From an uncultured Lachnospiraceae bacterium (GTDB lineage: Bacteria; Bacillota; Clostridia; Lachnospirales; Lachnospiraceae): a stretch of DNA of 64,000 nucleotides. A model generated the notes under the pieces. It was not told where the DNA came from. It did not search any database and worked only from the letters and a program-made list of their open reading frames with translations. Below, piece by piece: positions 10,205 through 20,865 of this stretch. Made by a program: the position numbers and the translations under genes. The first letter of the stretch is position 1, and every line of letters begins with the position of its first letter. Location of the stretch: the NCBI GenBank assembly GCA_905203555.1, contig CAJKWK010000003.1, positions 32,032 through 96,031 of the forward strand. The letters are read 5' to 3'.

Positions 10205-10235
10205 AAAAAAGGACAGACACAACTAGCATCTGTCC
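10205..10235 (-). terminator. intrinsic terminator after the alcohol dehydrogenase gene
   Basis: Minus strand reads GGACAGATGctagttGTGTCTGTCC followed by TTTTTTG. Confidence 0.7.
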
Positions 10236-10251
10236 CTTAATTCAGCTGTAA

Positions 10252-11433
10252 TTAGAAATCTACTTCTGTTCCGTAATAAATACATGTAAAGAGTTTTTCC
10301 ATAGTTGCAGGATCAATTGCACGTGGATTTGATCCAGTACAAGCATCTCCAACCGCATTTTCAGAAATTGTTGCAATTTTCTCTTTGAACTCTTCTTCAT
10401 CAATTCCAAATTCTTTTAATGTTTTTGGAATATTCAACTGAACATTGAAATCATCGATTTTTTCACACAAACTGTTAATGAGTGCTTTTTCAGAAGCTCC
10501 CGGAAGTCCAACTTTTCTTGCAATCTCTGCATAACGTTTTGCAGCTACAGGGTCTTTCGCATTGTATTTGATAACATATGGAAGATACATTGCATTTGCA
10601 CAGCCATGAGTAATATGACCTGTTGAAAATGCTGCTCCTGTTTTATGTGCCATAGAATGTACAATACCCAACAAAGCATTGGAAAATGCCATTCCTGCCA
10701 GACATTGTGCGTCATGCATCTCTGCTCTTGCATCCATATTGCCTCTGTATGAAGCCGGAAGGTAATCAAATACCATTTCAATTGCCTGAATTGCAAGCGG
10801 GTCTGTATATGCACAATGTAATGTAGAAACATATGCTTCAATTGCATGTGTAAGAGCATCCATACCAGTATATGCAACCTGTTTTGCCGGAAGACCTTCA
10901 ACCAGCTCAGAATCAACGATTGCTACATCCGGTGTGATATTGAAATCAGCCAATGGATATTTTACACCTGTCTGATAATTTGTAATTACAGAGAATGCTG
11001 TTACTTCTGTAGCTGTTCCTGATGTAGAAGGAATCGCACAGAATTTTGCTTTCTGTCTCAGTTCCGGGAAATTAAACGGAATACAAAGTTCTTCAAATGT
11101 TACATCCGGATACTCATAAAATGCCCACATTGCTTTTGCAGCATCAATCGGAGAGCCGCCTCCCATTGAAACGATCCAGTCCGGCTGGAATGCACGCATT
11201 GCTTCTGCACCTTTCATAACAGTTTCAACTGACGGATCTGGTTCAACACCCTCAAAAAGTTCTACTTCCATACCAGCTTCTTTCAGATAGCCGACAGCTT
11301 TGTCAAGAAATCCCTGACGTTTCATAGAGCCACCGCCAACAACAAGGATTGCTCTTTTTCCTTTCAGATTCTTGAGTTCTTCAAGACATCCTTTTCCATG
11401 ATAAACGTCTCTTGGTAATGTAAATCTTCCCAT
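10252..11433 (-). CDS. iron-containing (group III) alcohol dehydrogenase
   Basis: 393 aa with GGGSMKRQG, GGGSPIDAAKA and the metal-binding region DALTHAIEAY...HSMAHKTGA...THG. SD AGGAGA. Confidence 0.87.
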   Translation of the reverse strand: MGRFTLPRDVYHGKGCLEELKNLKGKRAILVVGGGSMKRQGFLDKAVGYLKEAGMEVELFEGVEPDPSVETVMKGAEAMRAFQPDWIVSMGGGSPIDAAKAMWAFYEYPDVTFEELCIPFNFPELRQKAKFCAIPSTSGTATEVTAFSVITNYQTGVKYPLADFNITPDVAIVDSELVEGLPAKQVAYTGMDALTHAIEAYVSTLHCAYTDPLAIQAIEMVFDYLPASYRGNMDARAEMHDAQCLAGMAFSNALLGIVHSMAHKTGAAFSTGHITHGCANAMYLPYVIKYNAKDPVAAKRYAEIARKVGLPGASEKALINSLCEKIDDFNVQLNIPKTLKEFGIDEEEFKEKIATISENAVGDACTGSNPRAIDPATMEKLFTCIYYGTEVDF

Positions 11434-11545
11434 GATAATGCATCTCCTTATGTATTAATATGTTATTTTTTTAACGCATTAATTATACCACTCTGACTTA
11501 TCGAAAACAAGCAATTTAACCTATTTTTAAACTTGAATAATGCAC

Positions 11546-11590
11546 AAAAAACCTCTCGTATTTTTGTACATAAATACAAGAGGTTTTTCA
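11546..11590. terminator. hairpin terminator downstream of the zinc-ribbon/TPR gene
   Basis: ACCTCTCGTATTTttgtacataAATACAAGAGGT, flanked by an A run on one side and a T run on the other. Confidence 0.6.
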
Positions 11591-11609
11591 CACAGGAAAA
11601 GAGTGCAGC

Positions 11610-12908
11610 CTACTCATATTCAAGCAGATAATTCCGTTTTGTAACCTGTGTCATTTTTCCGTTTTCACTGATCAAAACTGCCGAAAAGATAGTAGAACCT
11701 TCCGGCATATCAATCGGCCCGCTATATTCATTCGATGCAGCCGACGGAGTTGTTCCGTCTGTTGTATAATATGCTTTATATCCATCCGGAACCTGTATTG
11801 TAATCTGAGTCGCCGAAGTATATTGTCCGGTAGACGGAGTCACCGCCGGTGCATCTTCTATAGGGATCTCGATGGTATATGTCTTGGACGCAATCAAACT
11901 TGGAACTCCCTTTTTATTATAAGCCACCGCACGTATAGTCGTTGTCCCTTCATCCAGAAGTATTGGCTCCTCATACTTTGCACTGGACTTTGTAGGTTCT
12001 GTATCATCCGTCGTGTAATAAATCATTCCCTTACCTGAAATCGCAACTTCCTGCACTTCCGGATACGTACCTTCTTCCAAACTAAACTGAGGGATTCCGG
12101 AGACATACTCACTAACCGCACTCAGAACCCGATCATCACATCCATCTAAAAGACTGGAAATTTTTTCCTTTTGATCTGTCTTCATATAAAAATCAATTGC
12201 CGCCTGATACAGTCCTGCGTTTGCAGGTTGAGAATCAATCGCCTCAAGGAAAATATCTTCCGCCTTGTCCAGTGTCTTCTGCTGAATATATATTTCCGCC
12301 CTTCCTGTATACGCTTCTGCTCTTTTTCCATCTTTCCGAATTGCTCTTTCAAATGCATTCTCTGCCGCCGTATATTCTCCAGCCTGAAGAGAACGATATC
12401 CTCGATTCACAACCCCGGTATAAGAATTCTGATAAATAATATATCCACCTGCACCTAACACCAACGCCAAAAACAGCAGTACAGAGAGAATTGCATTTCG
12501 CCTTCTTCTCTTTGCCCGCTTTTTCTTTAACATCTGCTGACGCCTGCGTTCTTCTCTCGTATTTGGATGAACAGCCCCGGTATTTCGATTCCCGGAACCA
12601 CGTCTTTCCTGCCGCCATACCTCTGTTTGCTTTGAGACTGTTTTGGCACGCCCTGCGCGAATATCATCCAGCTCTCCCTGACTTAAAACTCGAGTCGCAT
12701 TTGCAGATTCTCGATTCAACTGTTCTCTATATCGACGCACTTCTTCCGGCCGAATGGGTCTTGTAGCATCTTCTACAGACCCCCTGACCTCTCTGGCAAG
12801 CACGTCTTCTAACGGATTATAATCCGGTACCATCTGTATTTCTGTTCTACAATCGGGGCAGATCAGAGTTCCCTCAGGTATTTCTGCACCACAATTTGTA
12901 CATTTCAT
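11610..12908 (-). CDS. zinc-ribbon / TPR / Fn3-like repeat membrane protein of unknown function
   Basis: From the ATG at 12908 (SD AGGAGGAAG): MKCTNCGAEIPEGTLICPDCRTEI (CxxC...CxxC). Then a basic low-complexity linker, one TM segment (ILSVLLFLALVLGAGGYII) and TPR-like repeats. Two C-terminal repeats of the 'YTTDGT.P...S..Y..PI' type resemble chitobiase/hexosaminidase C-terminal-like domains. Confidence 0.6.
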   Translation of the reverse strand: MKCTNCGAEIPEGTLICPDCRTEIQMVPDYNPLEDVLAREVRGSVEDATRPIRPEEVRRYREQLNRESANATRVLSQGELDDIRAGRAKTVSKQTEVWRQERRGSGNRNTGAVHPNTREERRRQQMLKKKRAKRRRRNAILSVLLFLALVLGAGGYIIYQNSYTGVVNRGYRSLQAGEYTAAENAFERAIRKDGKRAEAYTGRAEIYIQQKTLDKAEDIFLEAIDSQPANAGLYQAAIDFYMKTDQKEKISSLLDGCDDRVLSAVSEYVSGIPQFSLEEGTYPEVQEVAISGKGMIYYTTDDTEPTKSSAKYEEPILLDEGTTTIRAVAYNKKGVPSLIASKTYTIEIPIEDAPAVTPSTGQYTSATQITIQVPDGYKAYYTTDGTTPSAASNEYSGPIDMPEGSTIFSAVLISENGKMTQVTKRNYLLEYE

Positions 12909-12924
12909 AGAGCGCTTCCTCCTG

Positions 12925-13761
12925 TTATCTAGCCGTCTCCACACAATTGTTCATTAACATCGCAATCGTCATCGGTCCAACGCCACCCGGAACTGGCGTG
13001 ATTGCTGATGCTTTATCTTTTACTTTTTCAAAATCAACATCCCCGCACAACTTATTCTGAGCATCCCGATGCATTCCAACATCAATTACAACTGCACCTT
13101 CCTTGATATAGGTATCATCGATCATTTGCTGCTGTCCTACCGCAGCAATCAGAATATCTGCTCTTTTCGTAACTTCTTTTAAATTACGGGTTTTTGAATG
13201 TGCAATTGTAACAGTTGCATTTTCTCTGAGAAGCAATGCAGCCATTGGTTTTCCTACAATATTACTTCTTCCTATCACTACACATTCTTTTCCTTCGATG
13301 GAAATTCCGGAACGTTTTAGAAGCTGAATAACTCCTGCCGGAGTACAAGAAAGGAATCCCTTTTCTCCAAGCCAAAGCCGTCCAACACTCACCGGATGAA
13401 ATCCATCTACATCCTTTTCCGGAGAGATTGCACGAAGAACCTTATCTTCATTTAATGTTTTGGGAAGTGGTAACTGTACAAGAATCCCATTCACTTTTTC
13501 ATCTGCATTTAACCGTTCCACCAACTCCAAAAGTTCTCTTTCTGTGATTGTTTCCGGTAATTCATAAGATTCTGATCGAATCCCGATATAAGCACACGCC
13601 TTTTTCTTATTATTTACATAAACAGTAGAAGCCGGATCACTGCCAACTTGTACAACCGCAAGGCAGATTTCTCTGCCTTGTTGTTTCAAACGCTCTACTT
13701 CGATTTTCAGTTCCTCTTTTATTTCTTTTGAAATCTGTTTTCCATCAATTAATTGTGCCAT
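12925..13761 (-). CDS. folD: bifunctional methylenetetrahydrofolate dehydrogenase / methenyltetrahydrofolate cyclohydrolase
   Basis: MAQLIDGKQISKEIKEELK...LVQLPLP...DVDGFHP...VVIGRSNIVGKPMA...TPVPGGVGPMTIAMLM. Confidence 0.93.
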   Translation of the reverse strand: MAQLIDGKQISKEIKEELKIEVERLKQQGREICLAVVQVGSDPASTVYVNNKKKACAYIGIRSESYELPETITERELLELVERLNADEKVNGILVQLPLPKTLNEDKVLRAISPEKDVDGFHPVSVGRLWLGEKGFLSCTPAGVIQLLKRSGISIEGKECVVIGRSNIVGKPMAALLLRENATVTIAHSKTRNLKEVTKRADILIAAVGQQQMIDDTYIKEGAVVIDVGMHRDAQNKLCGDVDFEKVKDKASAITPVPGGVGPMTIAMLMNNCVETAR

Positions 13762-13781
13762 TCTGTACTCCTGTATCTTTT

Positions 13782-15452
13782 CTAAAACAGACCAACAATA
13801 TCGCCATCATCTGTTACATCTATATTATTTGCTGCCGGTACTTTTGGCAATCCCGGCATTGTCATGACTGCTCCTGTCAACGCAACAACAAATCCTGCTC
13901 CCGCACTTACATATACTTCACGAATATGAATATCAAAGTTTTCCGGACGTCCAAGTTTTTTCGCATCATCTGAGAGAGAATACTGATTCTTCGCCATACA
14001 AACAGGTACGTCTCCAAATCCCATTGCCTCGATCTTTGCAAGCTGTTTCTCTGCCGCCGGCTCATAAATAACGGAACGAGCACCGTAAATTTCCTTAGAA
14101 ATAGTTTCAATCTTCTCTTTCAGTGAATATGCATCCGGATAAAGCGGATGATAATGACTCTCCTTTGTTTCCAGTGTATCCAATACTTTCTGAGCAAGTG
14201 CGATACCGCCCTCTCCTCCTTTTGCCCAAACTTCAGCAAGTGCAAATTCACATCCATGTTCTTCACAGAACTTGCGGATAAATTCATTCTCAGCCGGAGT
14301 ATCAGTCACAAAAGAATTAAGTGTAACAACAACTGGTACATCGTATTTCTGTATATTTTCTATATGTTTCTCTAAATTAACAATTCCTTTTGCAAGAGCT
14401 TCGAGATTTTCCTCTCCCAGATCCGCCTTCGGAACTCCACCATTATACTTCAAAGCACGTACAGTTGCAACTAAAACAACAGCATCCGGTTTTAATCCTG
14501 CTTTACGGCATTTGATGTCCATAAACTTCTCTGCTCCCAGATCTGCACCAAATCCAGCCTCTGTAATAGTTATATCGCTCATCTTCAAAGCCATTTTGGT
14601 AGCTCGAACACTGTTGCAGCCATGTGCAATATTTGCAAACGGACCACCATGTACCAAAGCCGGTGTATGTTCTAATGTTTGAATCAAATTCGGTTTGATC
14701 GCATCTTTTAAAAGTGCAGCCATTGCACCTGTCGCCTGTAAATCATCCGCAGTAACCGGATCTCCGGCAAAATTATATGCAACGATAATCCGTCCCAGCC
14801 GACGTTTCAGATCTGCAAGGTCATCAGCAAGACAAAGAATTGCCATAATCTCAGATGCCACTGTAATAACAAAATGATCTTCTCGAACCATTCCATCCAT
14901 TTTATTTCCAAGACCCACTACTACATTTCTCAAAACTCTGTCATTCATATCTACACATCGTTTCCAAACCACTTGACGTGGATCGATCTGCAAAGCATTT
15001 CCCTGTTGGATATGATTATCTAACATTGCTGCAAGCAGATTGTTCGCCGAGGTAATTGCATGAAAATCACCTGTGAAATGCAGATTCAGATCATCCATAG
15101 GAACTACCTGAGAATAGCCGCCGCCGGCAGCTCCGCCTTTGATACCGAAACATGGTCCAAGAGAAGGTTCGCGAAGCGCGATCACAGCCTTTTTATTTAA
15201 TTTTGCCATTGCCTGTCCAAGACCTACTGTAACCGTTGTTTTTCCCTCTCCGGCAGGTGTCGGATTGATTGCAGTAACAAGAACCAGTTTCCCGTCTTCG
15301 TTATTTTTGATCTTATCCCAGAATCCTTCTGAAAGTTTTGCCTTGTACTTTCCATAGTACTCCAAATCCTCTTCTGCAATTCCTGCTCTCTGAGCCACTT
15401 CTTTAATCGGGAGCATCTCTGCTTCCTGTGCGATCTGAATGTCTGTTTTCAT
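13782..15452 (-). CDS. fhs: formate--tetrahydrofolate ligase
   Basis: 556 aa: [11 protein letters not shown]...[16 protein letters not shown]...[18 protein letters not shown]...[14 protein letters not shown]. Confidence 0.95.
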   Translation of the reverse strand: MKTDIQIAQEAEMLPIKEVAQRAGIAEEDLEYYGKYKAKLSEGFWDKIKNNEDGKLVLVTAINPTPAGEGKTTVTVGLGQAMAKLNKKAVIALREPSLGPCFGIKGGAAGGGYSQVVPMDDLNLHFTGDFHAITSANNLLAAMLDNHIQQGNALQIDPRQVVWKRCVDMNDRVLRNVVVGLGNKMDGMVREDHFVITVASEIMAILCLADDLADLKRRLGRIIVAYNFAGDPVTADDLQATGAMAALLKDAIKPNLIQTLEHTPALVHGGPFANIAHGCNSVRATKMALKMSDITITEAGFGADLGAEKFMDIKCRKAGLKPDAVVLVATVRALKYNGGVPKADLGEENLEALAKGIVNLEKHIENIQKYDVPVVVTLNSFVTDTPAENEFIRKFCEEHGCEFALAEVWAKGGEGGIALAQKVLDTLETKESHYHPLYPDAYSLKEKIETISKEIYGARSVIYEPAAEKQLAKIEAMGFGDVPVCMAKNQYSLSDDAKKLGRPENFDIHIREVYVSAGAGFVVALTGAVMTMPGLPKVPAANNIDVTDDGDIVGLF

Positions 15453-15473
15453 CTGTGCTTCCTCCTTTTGACT

Positions 15474-17906
15474 TTACTTTTCTTGCATAAATTGTTCAAA
15501 TTCTTCTTTTGACATAAGTACCTTACGTGGTTTTGTGCCTTCCTCCGGACCAACAACCCCTGCTTCTGCAAGCTGATCCATAATTCTGGCAGCTCTGTTA
15601 AATCCAATCTTAAACATCCGCTGAAGCATTCCGATTGATGCCTTTTCCTTTTCAATGATCAATCTTCCCGCATCTGCAAAATAGAGATCACGATTATCAG
15701 ATTCTTCCGATGAGGAAATCAACGTGGCGCCGGAATCCACTCCCAGATCTGCATTCATATGTTCCTCAAGTTCATCCGAATATGTTGCATCTCCATAATT
15801 CTGAATCAAATAATCCACTACTTTCTGCACTTCCTGATCAGATACAAAAGAGCCTTGTACACGCACAGGTTTGGGATATCCTGTAGGATAAAAAAGCATA
15901 TCTCCTTTTCCGAGTAACTTTTCAGCCCCATTCATATCAATGATCGTTCTGGAATCCACACCGGACGAAACAGCAAAAGCAACGCGGGATGGCATATTTG
16001 CCTTAATCAAACCTGTAATTACATTAACCGATGGTCGCTGTGTGGCAAGAATCAAATGCAGTCCGGCCGCTCTTGCCAACTGTGCCAGTCTGCAAATCGC
16101 ACCTTCCACATCCTTAGGAGCAACCATCATCAAATCTGCCAGCTCATCCACTATAATAACAATCTGCGGCATCTTTTTCGGTGCATTTTCCTCGCCTTTC
16201 AGTTCCAGAACTTTCTCATTAAATCCCGTAAGATCACGTACATTATATTCTGCAAACAACTGATATCGTTTCATCATTTCTGCAACTGCCCAGTTTAAGG
16301 CTCCTGCTGCTTTTCTCGGATCTGTTACAACCGGAATCAGCAAATGCGGAATTCCATTATATACGCTTAATTCCACCACTTTAGGATCCACCATGATGAG
16401 TTTTACATCTTCAGGATTTGATTTATAGAGAATACTCATAATCAGCGTGTTAATGCATACTGATTTTCCAGAACCGGTAGAACCTGCAACAAGTAAATGC
16501 GGCATCTTGGCAATATCCGCAACTACGACCTTTCCTGCAATATCTTTTCCTACAGCAAATGTGATTTTTGATGAACTTTGTTGAAATTCTTTCGACTCTA
16601 ATAAATCCCGAAGCATAACTGCTGAATTTTCACTATTGGGAACTTCAATTCCAACTGCCGCTTTTCCGGGAATCGGCGCTTCAATACGAAGATCTGTCAC
16701 TGCAAGATTTAACTTAATGTCATCTGCCAGGCCAACAATCTTACTCACTTTTACTCCCTGTTCCGGCTGCAGCTCATATCGAGTAACAGATGGTCCGCAG
16801 CTCGCATTGGTCACATGCACTTTCACTCCGAAATTCTGCAGTGTCTGTTCCAGTTTCAATGCTGTTTCACGAAGGTGTCTGTCGGAATTGCCGCCACCCT
16901 TTTTCCCTCGTTTTAAAAGACTGATCGGTGGAACCCGATATTCTTTCGGTTGTATCCCTTCTTGCTTTTGGATCTCTCTTTCTACATCCTCCGGCCGTTG
17001 GATTGGCTCATCAGCCTTTTTATGCGAACTTTTATCTGTAATTGATTCCTCCATCTGCAATGGTTCACTTCTCTGAATTACAAATTCAGGTTCTTCCTCC
17101 GGATCCTGTATTATCTCTTCATCAAATAAAGGCGGAAGGGGTTCCTCCTCGAGTATATTTAATTCCTGAACATCCGGTGACTTCCGCTTAGAATGTGCAT
17201 CTCCCAATGTTGTGGCGAAAGATACTCCGGATATCTTTTTACTTTCATTTCGTTTCTCCGGTTGCTCTTTTTTTTCTTTTGTTTCCTTTTTTTCTCTTGC
17301 AGAACGCTCCACCGCAGATTGGCGGCGGGTTCTGGCATCATCATAGATTCGTTTACTCCTTTGTCCCAAAGGTTTTAATAAAGATTTTTCTGTGATTAAA
17401 ATAATACAAATAATCATCAACAAAATCAATACAATATAGGTTCCTGCAACTCCGATTGCAGGACAGAGAATTGTAATCATCACTCCACCAAGCAAGCCTC
17501 CGGCTTCTTTTCCGATACTTGCCTGCCGATAGTATTCCATCAGTTCAGTTCCCGGATGATAAGAATTTACTACCAATTCCAAAATCGCCGTTGCAACAAT
17601 AACGAATACAATTGCTGCCACTGCTTTTATGTATGCATGCTTGTTTCCTTTATTTGAAATTAAAAATGCAGTAATACCAAAAATCAGCACCGGAATCAAA
17701 TATGCCATCCATCCAAAAATACCAAACATCAGAGCTGACAGGATATCTCCGATCAGCCCACCCAGTCCGAAATTACTGATTAACAGGAAAATACAGACCG
17801 CCAGCATTCCCAAAATGAGAATTTCACTTCGAAGTACTGTATTTTCCTGATTCTTTTTTGTTGTTCCCCTCGTGCTTTTTTTCTTCTTTGTCGACTTTGC
17901 AGCCAT
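15474..17906 (-). CDS. ftsK: DNA translocase FtsK/SpoIIIE
   Basis: N-terminal TM segments and a charged linker. Motor domain with Walker A AGSTGSGKSV and IVIIVDELADLMM. C-terminal gamma wHTH domain (ASIGMLQRMFKIGFNRAARIMDQLAEAGVVGP). Confidence 0.93.
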   Translation of the reverse strand: MAAKSTKKKKSTRGTTKKNQENTVLRSEILILGMLAVCIFLLISNFGLGGLIGDILSALMFGIFGWMAYLIPVLIFGITAFLISNKGNKHAYIKAVAAIVFVIVATAILELVVNSYHPGTELMEYYRQASIGKEAGGLLGGVMITILCPAIGVAGTYIVLILLMIICIILITEKSLLKPLGQRSKRIYDDARTRRQSAVERSAREKKETKEKKEQPEKRNESKKISGVSFATTLGDAHSKRKSPDVQELNILEEEPLPPLFDEEIIQDPEEEPEFVIQRSEPLQMEESITDKSSHKKADEPIQRPEDVEREIQKQEGIQPKEYRVPPISLLKRGKKGGGNSDRHLRETALKLEQTLQNFGVKVHVTNASCGPSVTRYELQPEQGVKVSKIVGLADDIKLNLAVTDLRIEAPIPGKAAVGIEVPNSENSAVMLRDLLESKEFQQSSSKITFAVGKDIAGKVVVADIAKMPHLLVAGSTGSGKSVCINTLIMSILYKSNPEDVKLIMVDPKVVELSVYNGIPHLLIPVVTDPRKAAGALNWAVAEMMKRYQLFAEYNVRDLTGFNEKVLELKGEENAPKKMPQIVIIVDELADLMMVAPKDVEGAICRLAQLARAAGLHLILATQRPSVNVITGLIKANMPSRVAFAVSSGVDSRTIIDMNGAEKLLGKGDMLFYPTGYPKPVRVQGSFVSDQEVQKVVDYLIQNYGDATYSDELEEHMNADLGVDSGATLISSSEESDNRDLYFADAGRLIIEKEKASIGMLQRMFKIGFNRAARIMDQLAEAGVVGPEEGTKPRKVLMSKEEFEQFMQEK

Positions 17907-17957
17907 TCATAGTTCCCCCTTGGCTTTTGAACATACTTATATTAGTATAGCATTTTT

Positions 17958-18638
17958 TCATAAGCCTGTCATTATTTTTCTTTCATCTATCATTTCACGC
18001 AGTTTTTTTATCGCCTGACTGATTCCTCCAACTTCATCGATCAGTCCTTCTCTCACTGCATCCTCGCCCTCAAGCATCGTCCCTACATCCTTCACCAGTT
18101 CGGTCGGATCCAGCATCAATTCTTCCAAACGTTTCTGGCTGATTTTGGAATGTTCCGAAATAAAAGTTGTAATACGATCCTGTGTTTTCTCCATATTTCG
18201 ATAACTTTGATATACCCCAATAAACATACCATTTGAACGCACCGGATGCACAATCATAGTTCCACTCGGAACAATAAAAGAATAATCTGCAGACACCGCA
18301 AGCGGTCCTCCAATTGAATGACTTCCACCCAATACAAGCGATACGGTAGGTTTACTCAACGAGGCTATCATTTCTGCAATTGCGAGCCCTGCTTCCACAT
18401 CGCCGCCTAACGTATTGAGCAAAATCAGCACACCGTCAATTTCCTCACTATCCTCAACTTCCGCTAATTTAGGAAGAAGATGCTCATATTTGGTTGCTTT
18501 TGTATTGCCCGACACAGCTTCATGTCCTTCGATTTCACCAATGATCGTCAACAGCTGGATGTGATGTCCCTTCCCATTTTCCAACTGCAATGTTCCTGTT
18601 TCTTTGATTTCATTATTTTTTGTTTCGCTCATAAACAT
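17958..18638 (-). CDS. ClpP/TepA-family (S14-like) protease homolog
   Basis: 226 aa with a ClpP-like core: LLNTLGGDVEAGLAIAEMI...GGSHSIGGPLA...MIVHPV. Lies immediately upstream of ftsK/spoIIIE, as TepA-like genes do in other Firmicutes. Confidence 0.65.
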   Translation of the reverse strand: MFMSETKNNEIKETGTLQLENGKGHHIQLLTIIGEIEGHEAVSGNTKATKYEHLLPKLAEVEDSEEIDGVLILLNTLGGDVEAGLAIAEMIASLSKPTVSLVLGGSHSIGGPLAVSADYSFIVPSGTMIVHPVRSNGMFIGVYQSYRNMEKTQDRITTFISEHSKISQKRLEELMLDPTELVKDVGTMLEGEDAVREGLIDEVGGISQAIKKLREMIDERKIMTGL

Positions 18639-18706
18639 CCAAACCTCCGAAATAATAATTTCTTCTGTTTAGTATGTTCAGTCTGCTTGATTCCATACTT
18701 TTTTCT

Positions 18707-18747
18707 AAAAAAATGGCATGGACATAAATTGTATACATCCATACCAT
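18707..18747 (-). terminator. intrinsic terminator after metY
   Basis: Minus strand reads ATGGTATGGATGTatacaatttATGTCCATGCCAT followed by TTTTTTT. Confidence 0.6.
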
Positions 18748-18752
18748 CTTAT

Positions 18753-20027
18753 TTATTCTAATGCCTGCTCTACATCCGCAATTATATCGTTTACACTCTC
18801 GATTCCAACACTGAATCGAATCAAATCCGGCTGTACGCCCGCTTCCATCAATTCTTGATCATTCATCTGACGATGGGTATGACTGGCAGGATGAAGTACA
18901 CAACTTCTCGCATCCGCAACATGTGTAACGATTGCAACAAGTTTTAATTTATCCATCATCTCTACTGCAGCCTCTCTTCCGCCTTTCAAACCAAAAGTAA
19001 TTACACCACAGGTTCCATTCGGCATATATTTCTGTGCCAGGTCGTAATACTTATCTCCCGGAAGTGATGGGCAGGATACCCAAGCTACTTTCTCGTGATT
19101 TTTCAAGTATTCTGCAACTTTTAAAGCGTTCTCGCAATGACGAGGTACACGTAAATGCAGTGTTTCCAATCCGATATTCAAAAGAAAAGCATTCTGTGGT
19201 GACTGAATTGATCCAAGATCACGCATCAACTGTGCCGTTGCTTTCGTAATATATGCACCTTTTCCAAATCTGTCAGTATACACAATTCCATGATAAGTCT
19301 CATCCGGAGTTGTAAGTCCCGGAAACTTATCTGCATATGCATTCCAATCAAAATTACCACTATCTACAATTGCACCGCCAACGCATGCCGCATGGCCATC
19401 CATATATTTTGTTGTAGAATGAGTTACAATATCAGCTCCCCACTCAAACGGTCTGCAATTGATTGGAGTTGCAAATGTATTGTCAACAATAAGCGGAACC
19501 CCATGTGCATGTGCTGCATTGGCAAACTTTTCAATATCCAGAACAACCAGCGCCGGGTTTGCAATTGTTTCTCCGAACACAGCTTTTGTATTCTCACGAA
19601 ATGCTGCATTTAATTCTTCTTCTGTACAATCCGGATCAACAAAAGTTGCCTCAACTCCCATCTTTCGGATTGTATGAGCATATAAATTATATGTACCACC
19701 ATAGACAGCAGATGCACAAATAATATGATCTCCCGCCTCAACAATGTTCATGATTGCATAAAAATTTGCAGCCTGACCGGATGATGTCAGCATTGCAGCA
19801 ACACCGCCCTCCAGATCACAGATTTTCGCTGCTACAGCATCATTGGTCGGATTCTGTAATCTTGTATAAAAGTATCCGTTCTCTTCCAGATCAAACAACC
19901 GGCCCATCTGTTCACTGCTTGTATAACGGAATGTTGTACTCTGATAAATTGGTAAAACACGTGGTTCGCCGTTTCCCGGTTCATAGCCGGATTGGATACA
20001 TTTTGTTTCAATATTAAAATTGCTCAT
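18753..20027 (-). CDS. metY: O-acetylhomoserine aminocarboxypropyltransferase / cysteine synthase family PLP enzyme
   Basis: 424-aa Cys/Met-metabolism PLP fold: TRLQNPTNDAVAAKI..., the lysine motif HSTTKYMDGH, and the C-terminal LIRFSVGIE. Confidence 0.88.
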   Translation of the reverse strand: MSNFNIETKCIQSGYEPGNGEPRVLPIYQSTTFRYTSSEQMGRLFDLEENGYFYTRLQNPTNDAVAAKICDLEGGVAAMLTSSGQAANFYAIMNIVEAGDHIICASAVYGGTYNLYAHTIRKMGVEATFVDPDCTEEELNAAFRENTKAVFGETIANPALVVLDIEKFANAAHAHGVPLIVDNTFATPINCRPFEWGADIVTHSTTKYMDGHAACVGGAIVDSGNFDWNAYADKFPGLTTPDETYHGIVYTDRFGKGAYITKATAQLMRDLGSIQSPQNAFLLNIGLETLHLRVPRHCENALKVAEYLKNHEKVAWVSCPSLPGDKYYDLAQKYMPNGTCGVITFGLKGGREAAVEMMDKLKLVAIVTHVADARSCVLHPASHTHRQMNDQELMEAGVQPDLIRFSVGIESVNDIIADVEQALE

Positions 20028-20058
20028 CTTCTGTCCTCTTTTCTGTCCTCAAGTCTGA

Positions 20059-20793
20059 TTATTCTTCGCTCCAGTTATGATATACATCCTGTACATCATC
20101 GTCTTCTTCCAAAAGATCCAGTGTCTTCTGGATGTTTTTAATATCTTCTTCTTTTGTTAATTCTACATAAGTCTGTGGAATCATAGTCACTTCAGCACTT
20201 GCCATAACAATCCCCTGCTCTTCCAGTTTCAAACGAACATCACTGAAATCAGCCGGTGCTGTTAAAATCTCAAAACTGTCTTCCTCTTCTGAAAAATCTT
20301 CTGCTCCTGCATCCAGAGCCAGCATCATCAATTCATCTGCATCCAGATCACAGTCTTCTTTCGCTACAAGAATTTGACCTCTTTCATCAAACATAAAGGA
20401 TACACATCCCGGAGTTCCGACATTTCCGCATCCTTTTGTAAAAGCATTTCTCACATTGGAAGCGGTACGGTTCTTATTGTCTGTCAGCGTATTTACAATA
20501 ATCGCAGTACCATTCGGTCCATAGCCTTCATATGTAATATGCTCATAATTATCTGCTGAACCTTCTCCTGCAGCTTTCTTGATATTTCTGTCAATGGTAT
20601 CGTTCGGCATGTTATTTGCCTTTGCTTTGGCAATTACATCTCGCAGCCGACTGTTATTTGCCGGATCCGGTCCACCGCCTTCTTTTACGGCAACCGCAAG
20701 CTCACGTCCGATTTTTGTAAAAATCTTCCCCTTTGCCGCATCATTTTTTTCTTTTTTATGCTTAATATTTGCAAACTTTGAATGTCCTGACAT
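20059..20793 (-). CDS. yebC: YebC/PmpR-family DNA-binding transcriptional regulator
   Basis: [51 protein letters not shown] is the invariant family N-terminus. Confidence 0.92.
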   Translation of the reverse strand: MSGHSKFANIKHKKEKNDAAKGKIFTKIGRELAVAVKEGGGPDPANNSRLRDVIAKAKANNMPNDTIDRNIKKAAGEGSADNYEHITYEGYGPNGTAIIVNTLTDNKNRTASNVRNAFTKGCGNVGTPGCVSFMFDERGQILVAKEDCDLDADELMMLALDAGAEDFSEEEDSFEILTAPADFSDVRLKLEEQGIVMASAEVTMIPQTYVELTKEEDIKNIQKTLDLLEEDDDVQDVYHNWSEE

Positions 20794-20865
20794 TTCCTGA
20801 TTTCTCCTCTTCTCGTATTATCTCACTTATTCTATCATTCTTTTTTCTATCTGTAAAGTAGACGA

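Noticed and set aside
11460-11477. Possible Rex operator ATGTTATTTTTTTAACGC between the -10 box and SD of the alcohol dehydrogenase gene.
   Set aside because: Only about 10 of 14 core positions match the clostridial TTGTTAA-N4-TTAACAA consensus, in an AT-rich background. This is not strong enough without a PWM scan or comparative support.
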